Source: Thermodesulfobacteriota bacterium
GTDB taxonomy: Bacteria; Desulfobacterota; Desulfobacteria; Desulfobacterales; SURF-7
Assembly (NCBI GenBank): GCA_049320885.1
Contig: JBMORA010000013.1
Span: forward strand, 32,001-96,000
DNA: 64,000 nucleotides
Direction: 5' to 3'
A model generated the notes under the pieces. It did no database searches, had not been told where the DNA came from, and saw only the letters and a list, made by a program, of their open reading frames with translations. Shown here piece after piece: positions 10,349 to 19,714 of this stretch. A program made the position numbers and the translations under genes. How positions within the stretch are numbered: the stretch's first letter is position 1; every line of letters starts with the position of its first letter.

Positions 10349-10587
10349 TTCATCCCCTCCCAAAAAGAATCCGCCCTTTTTACCAGAAATACCGGTGCAA
10401 CGCAATATATTCCGGCGCGATCATTTTTCAAGGGATGGGATGTGAATCCGGCGGGGGTTCCGTTTAACCATTCGGAAATTTTAATGAATACGAGGCTCGA
10501 CGCATCCGGATAGCGCCCCATCAGGGGCTGTCATGCGGTTTGGAGTGTGCTGCCGGTTTTTCCCGGGCCTTGTTTCCTGGACATGTC

Positions 10588-11223
10588 TCATACCGTCGAC
10601 ATCTGACTGTGATTTGAATACGTAGGCCAGGAAGGTGTATATTCTTCTGCTTCATTTCCCCACTGGTTCCAGCCCGGCCGCTTCCCGCGAGCGAATAACT
10701 CTAGAAATGGTCCGGGGCTGCAGGCTTCGATGATGCCGTATTGTTCATCCGGCTTGCGGGAATGTTCTCTCTTCCGAGATTTGATGATATTTACCTGCCG
10801 CCTTCCCGGTGCAAGCGTTCTCAAGCTGCCGCGGATTCCAAAAAGCATGATTTCTGTTGTATTTCGGAAATAGAAACCCACACCGCGCCCGTCCGGGCCC
10901 CCATCCTTCCTGACCTTATGCCAGATGATATTTGTCTTGTAATGAAATCCCCACCCCGCCATGACTTCCAAACCCTCCTTAAGAAGCGCATTGGGAACCC
11001 ACAGATACAAATGGCTTTGCTCCGCAGCCGCTGCAGAAACCGGTATTTCTTTTATCTCCCGTAGCGTGAGGGTGGAATAGCGCGACAAGCGTTTGTGTTC
11101 CGGCGCCATCTTACCGGTGCGGTTTGCAAACTGCCACGGAGGATCTGCCAGAAATGTCCCGAAGCGGTGGTTTCGGACCTGGGCCAAAAAATCCTCGGCC
11201 GCTGTGTTGTAGTGTTTTTTCAT
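10588..11223 (-). CDS. MT-A70 family adenine methyltransferase (no restriction partner in the window)
   Basis: ADPPW catalytic motif, HLYLWVPN, REHSRKP, LELFARG. Confidence 0.9.
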   Translation of the reverse strand: MKKHYNTAAEDFLAQVRNHRFGTFLADPPWQFANRTGKMAPEHKRLSRYSTLTLREIKEIPVSAAAAEQSHLYLWVPNALLKEGLEVMAGWGFHYKTNIIWHKVRKDGGPDGRGVGFYFRNTTEIMLFGIRGSLRTLAPGRRQVNIIKSRKREHSRKPDEQYGIIEACSPGPFLELFARGKRPGWNQWGNEAEEYTPSWPTYSNHSQMSTV

Positions 11224-11252
11224 AAATAAGGGGACGCCCTTTATTTTTTAAC

Positions 11253-12254
11253 TTAAATAAGGTCAAATCCATTCGTTATAGCGATCTCGGCGCCTCGATC
11301 GACCGACTTGCTCACTGCCACGATGGAGATATTCAATCGGCGTGCCATGGCAGCCATGCTTTCACCCAGTTCACGCACAGCCCAGAAACACAATAAGCTT
11401 CGAGCCCGCACAAGTTCCCTTGCTTTACCTTCACGCCAGATGTCCACCTCCGGAATAGCCAACAGAACCGACACTCGTTTTACAACAAAATCCAAATCAA
11501 TCCCATTGACTTCAAGGGCATACCGGCGTTCAAAGGCCTCCTTGGATCTGGACAGAATTTCAGAGACAAAATCACCATCTCCCAAGATGCGTTCATCGCT
11601 TTTCATATGCCTTTTGGATCTTCTCATCTCCTTGACCGCCGACCATCCGCCGGCACTCCGGATCAGACCTCCGCCGGTCAGATCGCACCGCCTACCTTCA
11701 TTCAGTCCTCCGGCGACAAATTCCCTGTATTTCCTCCTTGCGGAGGCGACCTGTTTTCCGAAATACATCAAAATCATTTCGCTGTTCTGCCAGGGTTGTT
11801 CGTGTCTGCCGACAATGACCCCATGGCCGGAAAAGGGATATTGATCCAGTTGATCCAAATCCGCCACCAGATTTGCCCGCAACGGATTTAAATGAATATA
11901 TCGGACCAGCTCCAAAAGATAGCTGTCTTCCTGACATAGAATCGATTTGTAACGGTTCTGGAACAGATGGCCTTGCCGCTGATGGCGGCCGTTAAACCTG
12001 ATGGCGTGGCCCGTCAGCAGTCGCCGCATCACCGTAGCAATTGGAACGGCACCGGTTCTCAATAACAGATGAAAATGATTGGGCATCAGCGACCAAGCAA
12101 AACACGCTGTTTCTGATTGTTCCAGGATCAAACCCAGGTTGTTAATAAAATTATAGCGGTCTTGATCGTCCTCGAATATGTTTCGGCGTTCAATGCCGCG
12201 AGCAATGATGTGGTGCAGCGCCCCCGTTGCGTCGATGCGTGATTTTCTGGGCAT
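11253..12254 (-). CDS. REP-associated tyrosine transposase-like protein (Y1_Tnp) with C-terminal HTH
   Basis: MPRKSR start, HHIIARG, LMPNHFHLL (HUH), GHLFQNRYKS, RYIHLNP (catalytic Tyr), C-terminal helix-turn-helix. Confidence 0.9.
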   Translation of the reverse strand: MPRKSRIDATGALHHIIARGIERRNIFEDDQDRYNFINNLGLILEQSETACFAWSLMPNHFHLLLRTGAVPIATVMRRLLTGHAIRFNGRHQRQGHLFQNRYKSILCQEDSYLLELVRYIHLNPLRANLVADLDQLDQYPFSGHGVIVGRHEQPWQNSEMILMYFGKQVASARRKYREFVAGGLNEGRRCDLTGGGLIRSAGGWSAVKEMRRSKRHMKSDERILGDGDFVSEILSRSKEAFERRYALEVNGIDLDFVVKRVSVLLAIPEVDIWREGKARELVRARSLLCFWAVRELGESMAAMARRLNISIVAVSKSVDRGAEIAITNGFDLI

Positions 12255-12261
12255 GCCAAAC

Positions 12262-12290
12262 ACCATAAATCGAGGACGCTATTATGTCAA
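12262..12290 (-). promoter_or_regulatory. Putative sigma70 promoter giving a leaderless transposase mRNA
   Basis: Minus strand TTGACA-17 nt-TATGGT, ending 7 nt before the ATG at 12254; no RBS. Confidence 0.55.
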
Positions 12291-12518
12291 GTTTATATAT
12301 TAAGGGCGTCCCTATTTCTGTTTTTCATTTTAATTGACACATTCCGTAAGGAAATATACATGTTAGTTTATACAATTCGCCATCTGTAAAAGCTGCTGCA
12401 TCAAACCACGAATACAATAAAAGTAAAGCTTGCGCCTCTTAATGAAACAGAGGTCACGGCGCAGGGTTAACACCCGGCATGGGATAAAAGCGATCTGGTG
12501 ATAGGGGGAAATCCGCCG

Positions 12519-13328
12519 ATGAAGCATTTCGTTGCAGTACTCATCGTTATTGCCGGGATTTGTTCCATGAATATCGCTGGATTTGGGGCTGACGATGATT
12601 GTCAAAAAATCGTGGTTTCCAGCGATGAAGCCTATCCGCCGATTTCCTGGCGTGACAAGGAACATCCGGAAAAAATTATCGGTGTGGCTATCGAATTGAT
12701 CGAAATGGCTTTTGCAGACCTGGGAATATCGGTTGAGTCTCGATACGTCGGCCCCTGGAAACGAACATTGAAAATGCTTGAATTAGGTGAAATCGATATG
12801 ATTTCCGGCTTGTATATCACCGAGGAACGTAAGGCCGCTTTTCAATTTGTTTTTCCCATGTTCATGACCGATCCCTCGGTGATCTTTGTCAAGAAAGGAG
12901 CCGCCTTTTCATTCGACAAATGGGACGATCTGAAAGGATTGACCGGAGGCAGCCGCTTCGGCGACAGCTATGGCGAGCAGTTTGATGCCTTTGCGAAAAA
13001 AAATCTAACCATTGAGCAAGTCACCACTTTCAAAATGCTTTACAAAAAAATCGAATACGGCCGGAATCGCTATATGATTTATGGACTCTATCCCGGATGG
13101 GCGCAGGCTGAGGAATTGGGCGTTCGCGACAAGATCGAATACCTGCCGAATTTTATTTCCAATGAAGGCGTTTATGTTGCGTTTTCAAAACGATCGCCCT
13201 GCGCCCGCCATGGCGAATTTCTTGGGAAAAAAATACAGGAATATATTGCAGCGCGATTGCCGGAAAAGCTTGTGGAAAAATATGTAACCATTTGGAAAGA
13301 CCAGGCCATCATCCCCTCTATGAAATAA
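12519..13328 (+). CDS. Periplasmic amino-acid-type substrate-binding protein (SBP family 3), no permease nearby
   Basis: Signal peptide, EAYPPISW, GVAIEL, PWKRTLKMLELGEIDMI, YVAFSK. Confidence 0.85.
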   Translation: MKHFVAVLIVIAGICSMNIAGFGADDDCQKIVVSSDEAYPPISWRDKEHPEKIIGVAIELIEMAFADLGISVESRYVGPWKRTLKMLELGEIDMISGLYITEERKAAFQFVFPMFMTDPSVIFVKKGAAFSFDKWDDLKGLTGGSRFGDSYGEQFDAFAKKNLTIEQVTTFKMLYKKIEYGRNRYMIYGLYPGWAQAEELGVRDKIEYLPNFISNEGVYVAFSKRSPCARHGEFLGKKIQEYIAARLPEKLVEKYVTIWKDQAIIPSMK

Positions 13329-13361
13329 TTGGGATGCGAAAAACAATAGATATAGGGAACC

Positions 13362-13400
13362 ATCATGTAAAGTTCATATATTAAGGGCGTCCCCTATTTC
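13362..13400. repeat. Orphan copy of the transposon right end (direct repeat of 12281-12318)
   Basis: ATCATGTAAAGTTCATATATTAAGGGCGTCCCCTATTTC versus ATTATGTCAAGTTTATATATTAAGGGCGTCCC-TATTTC. Confidence 0.85.
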
Positions 13401-13570
13401 GTGGACACCGGTTGTCAAACCGCGCAGTGACGAAAACCCCATTTGCAATTCCCAGTCGCCTGTGATAATTGATCATTATTATTGAATGAATAGCTCAGGC
13501 TGTTTTTCCCGGAGACGATGAAACCGATTTTCCAGCATCATAGCCAACGATTCAGACCGAACGGATCCAG

Positions 13571-14932
13571 ATGAAGGTAAAGGTCAATATCGATCTGCTG
13601 ATTGAGATCGTCAGCCGGGGCGGCACCCTGAAGACCGGTGTGGATGTCTACAACCAGAACGGATTGCTGCTGATCGACAAGGATCTGCTGATCAACAATG
13701 TCAACACCCTGCTGAACATCAAAAAAAACGGGGTCAGCGAAGTCGCCATTGTACCGGATAACGCCGGAGGATTGTGGGATTACAACGGCAAGGAAATCGA
13801 TTTCGGGTTCCAGCCGGGGCAAACCGGCGCCGCGGTCTCCACCGTGGAGAAAAAACTGCGCCAGATCACGGCCCTGAAAAAAGAAGCCCGGATCAAGTAC
13901 GACACCGCCAAACAGAACATCAAACAGGTGATTCTGGATATCCGAAAGACCGGCGGGGAATTTGATTATGAAACCGTGGAAAAAACGGTCACCGATCTGC
14001 TCAATTTCCTGACCGTCAATGAAACCGCCTTTTCCTATCTGACCAAGGAAATTTTTTCCTACGACGACTACCTGTACAACCATTCCATCAATGTCTGCAC
14101 CATCGCTCTGGCGGTCCTGAACCGTTTCAATATGCAATTCAGCGAAACCGTGAACCGCTTCCTGAGCAATACCTATCTCCAAAGCATGAAAAACGAAAGC
14201 CGGGGAACCCCGACCTCCTATATCCTGTACCTGCCGGATGATATCCGCGACATCGCCCTGGGCTATTTTCTGCACGATGTGGGCAAGGTCCTCATCGCCG
14301 ATGAAATCCTCAACAAGCACGGTCAACTGACCCCGGAAGAATTCGAAATCGTCAAGCATCACAGTTTTGACAAGGGCCGTTCCATTCTGGAACGAAACGG
14401 ATTGGAAAAAAACCCCCTGATCAGGAGTTCTGTTCAGTTCCACCATTGCGCTCTTTTCAGCGGGGAACCACGTTGTTATCCGGATGACAAAACCCCCATT
14501 GAAGTGCCGATTTTCGTAAAAATCTGCAAACTGGCAGACATCTACGACGCCATGACCACCAAGCGGGTTTACAAGGAGGCCCTCAATCCCATCGTCGTGG
14601 TGACGGAAATTTTTCGGAAATACGCGGAAAAGGAAAGCCTGCTCCAATTCGTTCTGCATTCCTTCGTGAAAGTCGTCGGGATTTACCCGGCCGGCAGCAT
14701 CGTCTCCCTTCAGAACGGCCAGATGGCTTTTGTGGTGGACAGCAGCGGCCCGCTGGTCATCCCCTTCACCGACAACTCCGGAAAGTCTTTACAAACCAAA
14801 CAGGAAGCGGTCAACCTGGAGAATGTCACCGACCAGGGTTTGCAGATCGATCGGCGCAAACCCCTGACCTCGCCCGTCGACGCCTATGAATTGCTGCCGG
14901 ATTACCTCCGCCAGCCGGCTGATGTAAATTAG
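13571..14932 (+). CDS. HD-GYP-like phosphohydrolase (variant GYP loop)
   Basis: DDYLYNHSINV, FLHDVGK, HHCALFSGEPRCYP, ADIYDAMTTKRVYK, GIYPAGS. Confidence 0.85.
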   Translation: MKVKVNIDLLIEIVSRGGTLKTGVDVYNQNGLLLIDKDLLINNVNTLLNIKKNGVSEVAIVPDNAGGLWDYNGKEIDFGFQPGQTGAAVSTVEKKLRQITALKKEARIKYDTAKQNIKQVILDIRKTGGEFDYETVEKTVTDLLNFLTVNETAFSYLTKEIFSYDDYLYNHSINVCTIALAVLNRFNMQFSETVNRFLSNTYLQSMKNESRGTPTSYILYLPDDIRDIALGYFLHDVGKVLIADEILNKHGQLTPEEFEIVKHHSFDKGRSILERNGLEKNPLIRSSVQFHHCALFSGEPRCYPDDKTPIEVPIFVKICKLADIYDAMTTKRVYKEALNPIVVVTEIFRKYAEKESLLQFVLHSFVKVVGIYPAGSIVSLQNGQMAFVVDSSGPLVIPFTDNSGKSLQTKQEAVNLENVTDQGLQIDRRKPLTSPVDAYELLPDYLRQPADVN

Positions 14933-14949
14933 CCGGCGATGGATCCAAT

Positions 14950-14983
14950 AAAGAAAGCCGCTCTTACGAGCGGCTTTCTTTTT
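14950..14983. terminator. Bidirectional intrinsic terminator between the HD-GYP gene and acsE
   Basis: AAAGAAAGCCGCTC-TTAC-GAGCGGCTTTCTTT perfect stem, with T-rich tails on both strands. Confidence 0.85.
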
Positions 14984-15005
14984 GGAAATATCGGAAAAAT
15001 AGCAA

Positions 15006-15896
15006 TCAGACTTCCAGCCAGGAGTCCGAATACAGGGTTTTTCCCACGATGACATCATAGGTTTTCTTGTACTCCTGCATTTCCTTGGAAAGGCTGGCCA
15101 TACTGGGCTCGTTGCCGTCCATGAGGCCGTAGATCAGGTCCACGATATCCTGGCGTTTGCCCTTGGCGATCTCCGTCAGCTTGGTGTCGAGGGGATCGGA
15201 AATGACCGAATACATGCCGCATTTTTCCAGCATGACCATATAGGTCTGGTTCAGGATCGGACGCAGATGGCTGGGGGGACCGTTGGAAATGTTGGACAGA
15301 CCGCAGGTGCTCTTGGCCCCCGGAGCGATGTCCTGGAGCATTTTCTGGAACTCCATCAGACACATGAGCTGGGGCTGTTGAATGTTGACCGGGGTGACGA
15401 TTCCGTCCACCCAGATGCGCTCGTTGGCGATCCCGGCTTCATTGGCGGCATAGAGCAGTTCCACACAGAGGGCGGCGCGTTCGTTTTCATCCCGGGGAAG
15501 TCCTTCCGGACCCCACATCAGGGCGATGAAGTCCGCATTATGCTCGGCGGCGATGGGGATCATTTTTTCATAGCGTTCCGGCCGGGCCATGATGGAGTTG
15601 ATCAGATGGGGCCGGTCCACATCCTTGAGGACTTTCAGCGCGGCGGCAATGGCGTCGATGTTGGACGTATCCAGCACCAGGGGCACATCCGGCACCACTT
15701 CCTGCACCACCTGGACCACCCAGGGCATCAATTCATGACCATCCTTTTTCGCCGGGCCCAGGTTGATATCGATATAGTCCATTCCCTTGGCTTTTTGGTC
15801 AAGGGCCTCTTCCTGGATGGGCTTGGGGTCACGCTCCTTAAAAGCTCTGCCGATCTTTTTGGAGATGACGTTCAGGCTTTCACCGATTAGAAACAT
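15006..15896 (-). CDS. acsE: Methyl-THF:corrinoid iron-sulfur protein methyltransferase (pterin-binding TIM barrel)
   Basis: MFLIGESLN, YIDINLG, LDTSN, INS, CGLSNISNG; GGAGG RBS; last gene of the acs cluster. Confidence 0.92.
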   Translation of the reverse strand: MFLIGESLNVISKKIGRAFKERDPKPIQEEALDQKAKGMDYIDINLGPAKKDGHELMPWVVQVVQEVVPDVPLVLDTSNIDAIAAALKVLKDVDRPHLINSIMARPERYEKMIPIAAEHNADFIALMWGPEGLPRDENERAALCVELLYAANEAGIANERIWVDGIVTPVNIQQPQLMCLMEFQKMLQDIAPGAKSTCGLSNISNGPPSHLRPILNQTYMVMLEKCGMYSVISDPLDTKLTEIAKGKRQDIVDLIYGLMDGNEPSMASLSKEMQEYKKTYDVIVGKTLYSDSWLEV

Positions 15897-15942
15897 ATTT
15901 CCTCCTTCGTAAAAGGGGACAGCCGCATCGGCCGTCCCCCCG

Positions 15943-15973
15943 GGTTTAAACAACTGGTTTAAACAACTGGTTT
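15943..15973. repeat. 13-bp tandem repeat (GGTTTAAACAACT x2 plus partial)
   Basis: GGTTTAAACAACT GGTTTAAACAACT GGTTT in the acsC-acsE spacer, next to a GC hairpin at about 15915-15939. Confidence 0.8.
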
Positions 15974-15974
15974 G

Positions 15975-17318
15975 TTATTTTTTGGCTTTCAGGAAAGCCG
16001 GGATATGGGCCGCTTCCCGGGGACCCACCGTGATGGTCCAGCCGGGCAATTCCTCTTCCACGTCGCCGGCGATGGCGGCGGCATATCCGGGAATGATCAG
16101 CTCCTTGTGTTTGACCTTGTCCATGATGCCGCATTTTTTCACGAACATGCCGACGTCGTCGCCGGCGAATTTACCGGCGGCCCAGGCGGTCAGAACCGAC
16201 AGGCCTTCCGAGTTCTTCACCAGCAGCCAAGACGGGACGCGGCTGCCTTCGATTTCACCAGAAACGATGAAATAGGTCAGGGCGAAGTTGGTGGTCACAA
16301 GAACCGGAGAATTTTCGTTCGGGTTGCCGATTTCGTAAATCCCCTCGGTAACCGTCATGGGCCGTTGCGGGTCGGTGTAAATGTTCAGGCGTTCCAGCAG
16401 AAGCGGAAAAATACTTTCGCCCGCGAAATCCGATAAAACGACTATACCGCCGTATTTGGCGATCATCATGCCGGCGATCAAGGTTTCCATATCCAGATTG
16501 GTGGCCATTTCGCAGGGGAAAGTGATGGTCGGGAAACCCAAGGAACGGTTGCCGGCTTTCAGGGCGGCCCGGCGGATGGCGACTTCGTCTTCCAGGGCCT
16601 TCTTGATTTCCCGGCTGCCGGGATCGAGCACCAGGTCTTTCAGGCCCATGCCGGTCAGCTTATCGGACAGGGCGATCAATCCATCCACCGAATCGGCCTT
16701 GATGGCCAGGGGCAGATCGTTTTCCTTGGCCAGGGCGCCGAAATCGGCGGCATTGGCGGCGGTGGCGGCATAGATGAGCGGCCGTTTGAACCCGCAGGCG
16801 GCGACGCCGGCTTTCATGACATCGATGTTATCGGACATGAGCACCAGGTTGAACTCGGAGGTCTCGGCGATTTTTTTGGCAACCTTGCCGAAGGCGTCCT
16901 TGTTGCCGTTGACGTCTTTCAGGGCGATCAGCTCCGGGCGGAGGTTCAGGCCCACGCGCTCGAACTGAAAGGCATTCCATTTTTTGAGTTTTTCCGTGAG
17001 CGCCTTGTCGGCGATATCCGAAGAGACCAGGGCAGCCAGCAAGGTGGGATTGTAAAATGTTTTTTCGTGTCGGTACATGACGGTTTCACCGCCGGTTTTG
17101 GCGGCGCGAACCCCTTTACCGACGGCCACCGGCCGGATGGGCGGCGCGGAGGCTTCCGCGAGCTGGGCCTTGGCTTCTTCCGAAACATAGGGACAGCTGT
17201 CCAGCTCAGCCTTGCCGGAAGCCAGGTTCATGGCGAACGCAAGACAGGTGGGCACGCCGCATTCCTTGCAGTTCGTCTTCGGCAGGAGTTTGAAAATCTG
17301 AATACCGGTTAATGCCAT
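15975..17318 (-). CDS. acsC: Corrinoid iron-sulfur protein large (gamma) subunit
   Basis: LPKTNCKECGVPTCLAFA...CP 4Fe-4S motif, NIYTDPQ, TTNFALTYF, GLSVLTAWAAGKF. Confidence 0.96.
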   Translation of the reverse strand: MALTGIQIFKLLPKTNCKECGVPTCLAFAMNLASGKAELDSCPYVSEEAKAQLAEASAPPIRPVAVGKGVRAAKTGGETVMYRHEKTFYNPTLLAALVSSDIADKALTEKLKKWNAFQFERVGLNLRPELIALKDVNGNKDAFGKVAKKIAETSEFNLVLMSDNIDVMKAGVAACGFKRPLIYAATAANAADFGALAKENDLPLAIKADSVDGLIALSDKLTGMGLKDLVLDPGSREIKKALEDEVAIRRAALKAGNRSLGFPTITFPCEMATNLDMETLIAGMMIAKYGGIVVLSDFAGESIFPLLLERLNIYTDPQRPMTVTEGIYEIGNPNENSPVLVTTNFALTYFIVSGEIEGSRVPSWLLVKNSEGLSVLTAWAAGKFAGDDVGMFVKKCGIMDKVKHKELIIPGYAAAIAGDVEEELPGWTITVGPREAAHIPAFLKAKK

Positions 17319-17463
17319 TGTCGTCTCCTTCTATATTGTTTCAACCCCGTAACGATGGTTTATTCGGTTGTCATGACATGTCCGCAAGCGCTTGTCTCAA
17401 GATGGTCTTGCACATGTCGTAAAATATCCGGGTACGGGATTTTCCCGTACCCGGACATGAGCC

Positions 17464-19677
17464 TTAGCCGACGATGGGTTCCATGGAAAGGGCCGGATGA
17501 CCTTTTTCCTGGAGCCAGGGCAGGATTTCCTCCTCGGTGATGCCGACGGTTTCATCGGCGATCTTGTCGTACAAATCGGGTACGCCGAGTTCCTTGCCGC
17601 GTTTGAGAATGCGATCCTTGAGCTCTTCCTTCAGGATTTTGGGCATCCACACCATCCGCAGCAGACCACCGTCGCCGATGATGAATTTGCCCTGGGTGAT
17701 GTTGTATTTGGAATGCCCCACGAAACCCGGAGAGGAAGCGCCGCCGCCCATGACCCCCGCCAGGGTGGTGAATTTCATCCCGGAGGGCGTATCGCCGGTA
17801 TAGTCGCGGTTGACGGTCATGACCCCGTTGCAGGCCGGCAGCATGGCCGCGATGCACTCGCAGCAGCCGCAGGTGGTCATGGGATCATGGACCATGGAGT
17901 AGAAATTATAGTGGGTAACGGCCCCGCGGGAGGCCTTGAAAACGAAATCATTGACGCCCTTCCATTGACCCAGTTTCGGGTTCAGGCATTCGCCCTTCTG
18001 AATGGGCTGGTTGGGTCCGGTGGGGTTGATTTCGAAAGAGGCCTTGCAGTCCATCCAGTTGTAGGCGCCGCAGAGGCCGGTACGCTCCGGGCTGACCGTG
18101 CAGACATGGCTGGGGGCGAAGGACTGGCAGAGGGTGCAGGAATAATAGGTTTCCACATCCTCGTCGGTCATCTTGTCCACGCGCTCGTCGCGCATCTTGT
18201 ATTCGGCCCGGGCTCGTTTGGTCAGGTCGTCCACAGCCTTCTTGTCCGTATAGAGGGTGACCTGGACTTTATCGACGATTTTCTTGAAATCCTGATGGAA
18301 TTTGGCATGCAGGACCACGCCGATATGCTTCAGGGTAAAGCCTTTTTCCACGGCCTGTTTGCTGACCCGGACCCAGGAGATATCCCGCTGTCCGATGTGC
18401 ATGATGCCCTGAATGTAGTTGATCAGGTGATGAATCTGGCGTTCCATGATGGGTTCGAAATCGGTCTGGAATTCACGGCCGGCGATCTGGACGTAAATAC
18501 CCAGGGGCAGGGCTTCACCTTCCTTGAGATCGCCCACATCCTTGCCGACCACGACGACTTTGCCGTCCTCGATTTCGTTCATCTGGGCTTCCTTTACCAG
18601 CTCGGTGCACTGGGTCTTGCCGCCGCCCATCTGGCAGAACAAATCCGCGCCGCGTACGCGCTCGCCCTCGAAGGCCGGGCCGAAGGAAAGCGGGATGTCG
18701 ATTGCAGTGACATTGACTTTCAGGCCGCGCACTTCCACGGAACGCTGGCACATGTCGTTGTGGGGCACGTTGGCCACCACGTGTTCATACGTACAGATGC
18801 CGGTGGGCAGGATCTCGGGAATATCCGTGTCCGCCAGGGTCGGGAAACCCCAGTTGACGCAACCGGCCGCCGCCACGCCCCACTCGGTGCCGATATCGCC
18901 CAGGGCGTTGACAAAGGCAAAAACGCGGTCCTTGTTGTAATGCAGGATCTTCTTGTAATCTCCGGGTTTCACACCGCCGAAGGCCATGGCGGCCCGGTTG
19001 GCGAAGCCCAGGGCGAAAACGGCGGAAGAGATGTCCGGCCCGAAGGGCACGATCCGGGTGTTCCAGCCGATCTGAACGCCCGCCTGGATGAGCTGCTGGA
19101 TGACCGAGGTGCCGTTGTGGCTGGCGGCGCAGAAGATGTACAGGTTCTTCTTCTGGTAGTCCTCCACGATCATCTTGGCGATCTCCGGCGTGGGGGCCGC
19201 GCCCACCATGGCGGCGAATCCGGGCGCGGAGCCGTCCACGAACTCCACACCGCGTTTCCGCAGAATGATGTCGTCCGCTGGTCCCACCCACATTTTGCCG
19301 TTTTCCAGATCCGGATCTTCCTGGAGAATATAGAAATCCGGTTCATACAGCATGCGGATGGCTTCCATGACCTCATACGAGAAAATGGCGGCCATGCCGG
19401 CGTCCAGCAGGGGCCCCAGGTAGGGCAGGTGATTTTTGCCCTTGATATGGGGGGGCAGAAGACCGCGGGCGAAGGCCATGGGCTTCTGCAGATCTTCCAG
19501 GGTCTCCACCTTCATGCCGGTCAGGGAGTAGATGACCGGCAGGTAGTAGGCGGTGTTGCCGAAGCCGACCTTGGTGTCCGCGCTATAGGTGTCCAATGCG
19601 TTCCGAAGCATGCCTTCGGCTTTCGATACGACTTTGTAGCCGCCCTGAATGGCTGCAAATGCTACTAATTTAGACAT
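17464..19677 (-). CDS. acsB: Acetyl-CoA synthase (A-cluster subunit)
   Basis: YSCTLCQSFAPSHVC, GLCGAYNW, PMTTCGCCEC A-cluster motifs; NTAYYLP N-terminus. Confidence 0.97.
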   Translation of the reverse strand: MSKLVAFAAIQGGYKVVSKAEGMLRNALDTYSADTKVGFGNTAYYLPVIYSLTGMKVETLEDLQKPMAFARGLLPPHIKGKNHLPYLGPLLDAGMAAIFSYEVMEAIRMLYEPDFYILQEDPDLENGKMWVGPADDIILRKRGVEFVDGSAPGFAAMVGAAPTPEIAKMIVEDYQKKNLYIFCAASHNGTSVIQQLIQAGVQIGWNTRIVPFGPDISSAVFALGFANRAAMAFGGVKPGDYKKILHYNKDRVFAFVNALGDIGTEWGVAAAGCVNWGFPTLADTDIPEILPTGICTYEHVVANVPHNDMCQRSVEVRGLKVNVTAIDIPLSFGPAFEGERVRGADLFCQMGGGKTQCTELVKEAQMNEIEDGKVVVVGKDVGDLKEGEALPLGIYVQIAGREFQTDFEPIMERQIHHLINYIQGIMHIGQRDISWVRVSKQAVEKGFTLKHIGVVLHAKFHQDFKKIVDKVQVTLYTDKKAVDDLTKRARAEYKMRDERVDKMTDEDVETYYSCTLCQSFAPSHVCTVSPERTGLCGAYNWMDCKASFEINPTGPNQPIQKGECLNPKLGQWKGVNDFVFKASRGAVTHYNFYSMVHDPMTTCGCCECIAAMLPACNGVMTVNRDYTGDTPSGMKFTTLAGVMGGGASSPGFVGHSKYNITQGKFIIGDGGLLRMVWMPKILKEELKDRILKRGKELGVPDLYDKIADETVGITEEEILPWLQEKGHPALSMEPIVG

Positions 19678-19714
19678 ATTCTTTCCTCCTTCGTTGAGGA
19701 TTTATTCGTTGATG

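Larger units (their letters stand above)
11224..12318 (-). mobile_element. RAYT-like (Y1/HUH) element bounded by ~30-bp imperfect inverted repeats
   Basis: Left end 11224-11254 has reverse complement AAGTTAAAAAATAAAGGGCGTCCCCTTATTT; right end 12289-12318 is AAGTTTATATATTAAGGGCGTCCCTATTTC; they enclose one transposase gene. Confidence 0.75.

Noticed and set aside
12431..12463. Hairpin upstream of the SBP gene as a possible riboswitch
   Set aside because: No match to aptamer consensus motifs I can recognise
11224..13400. CRISPR array or integron attC array from the three repeats
   Set aside because: Repeats are about 1 kb apart and one is inverted; no cas or integrase gene and no attC core structure
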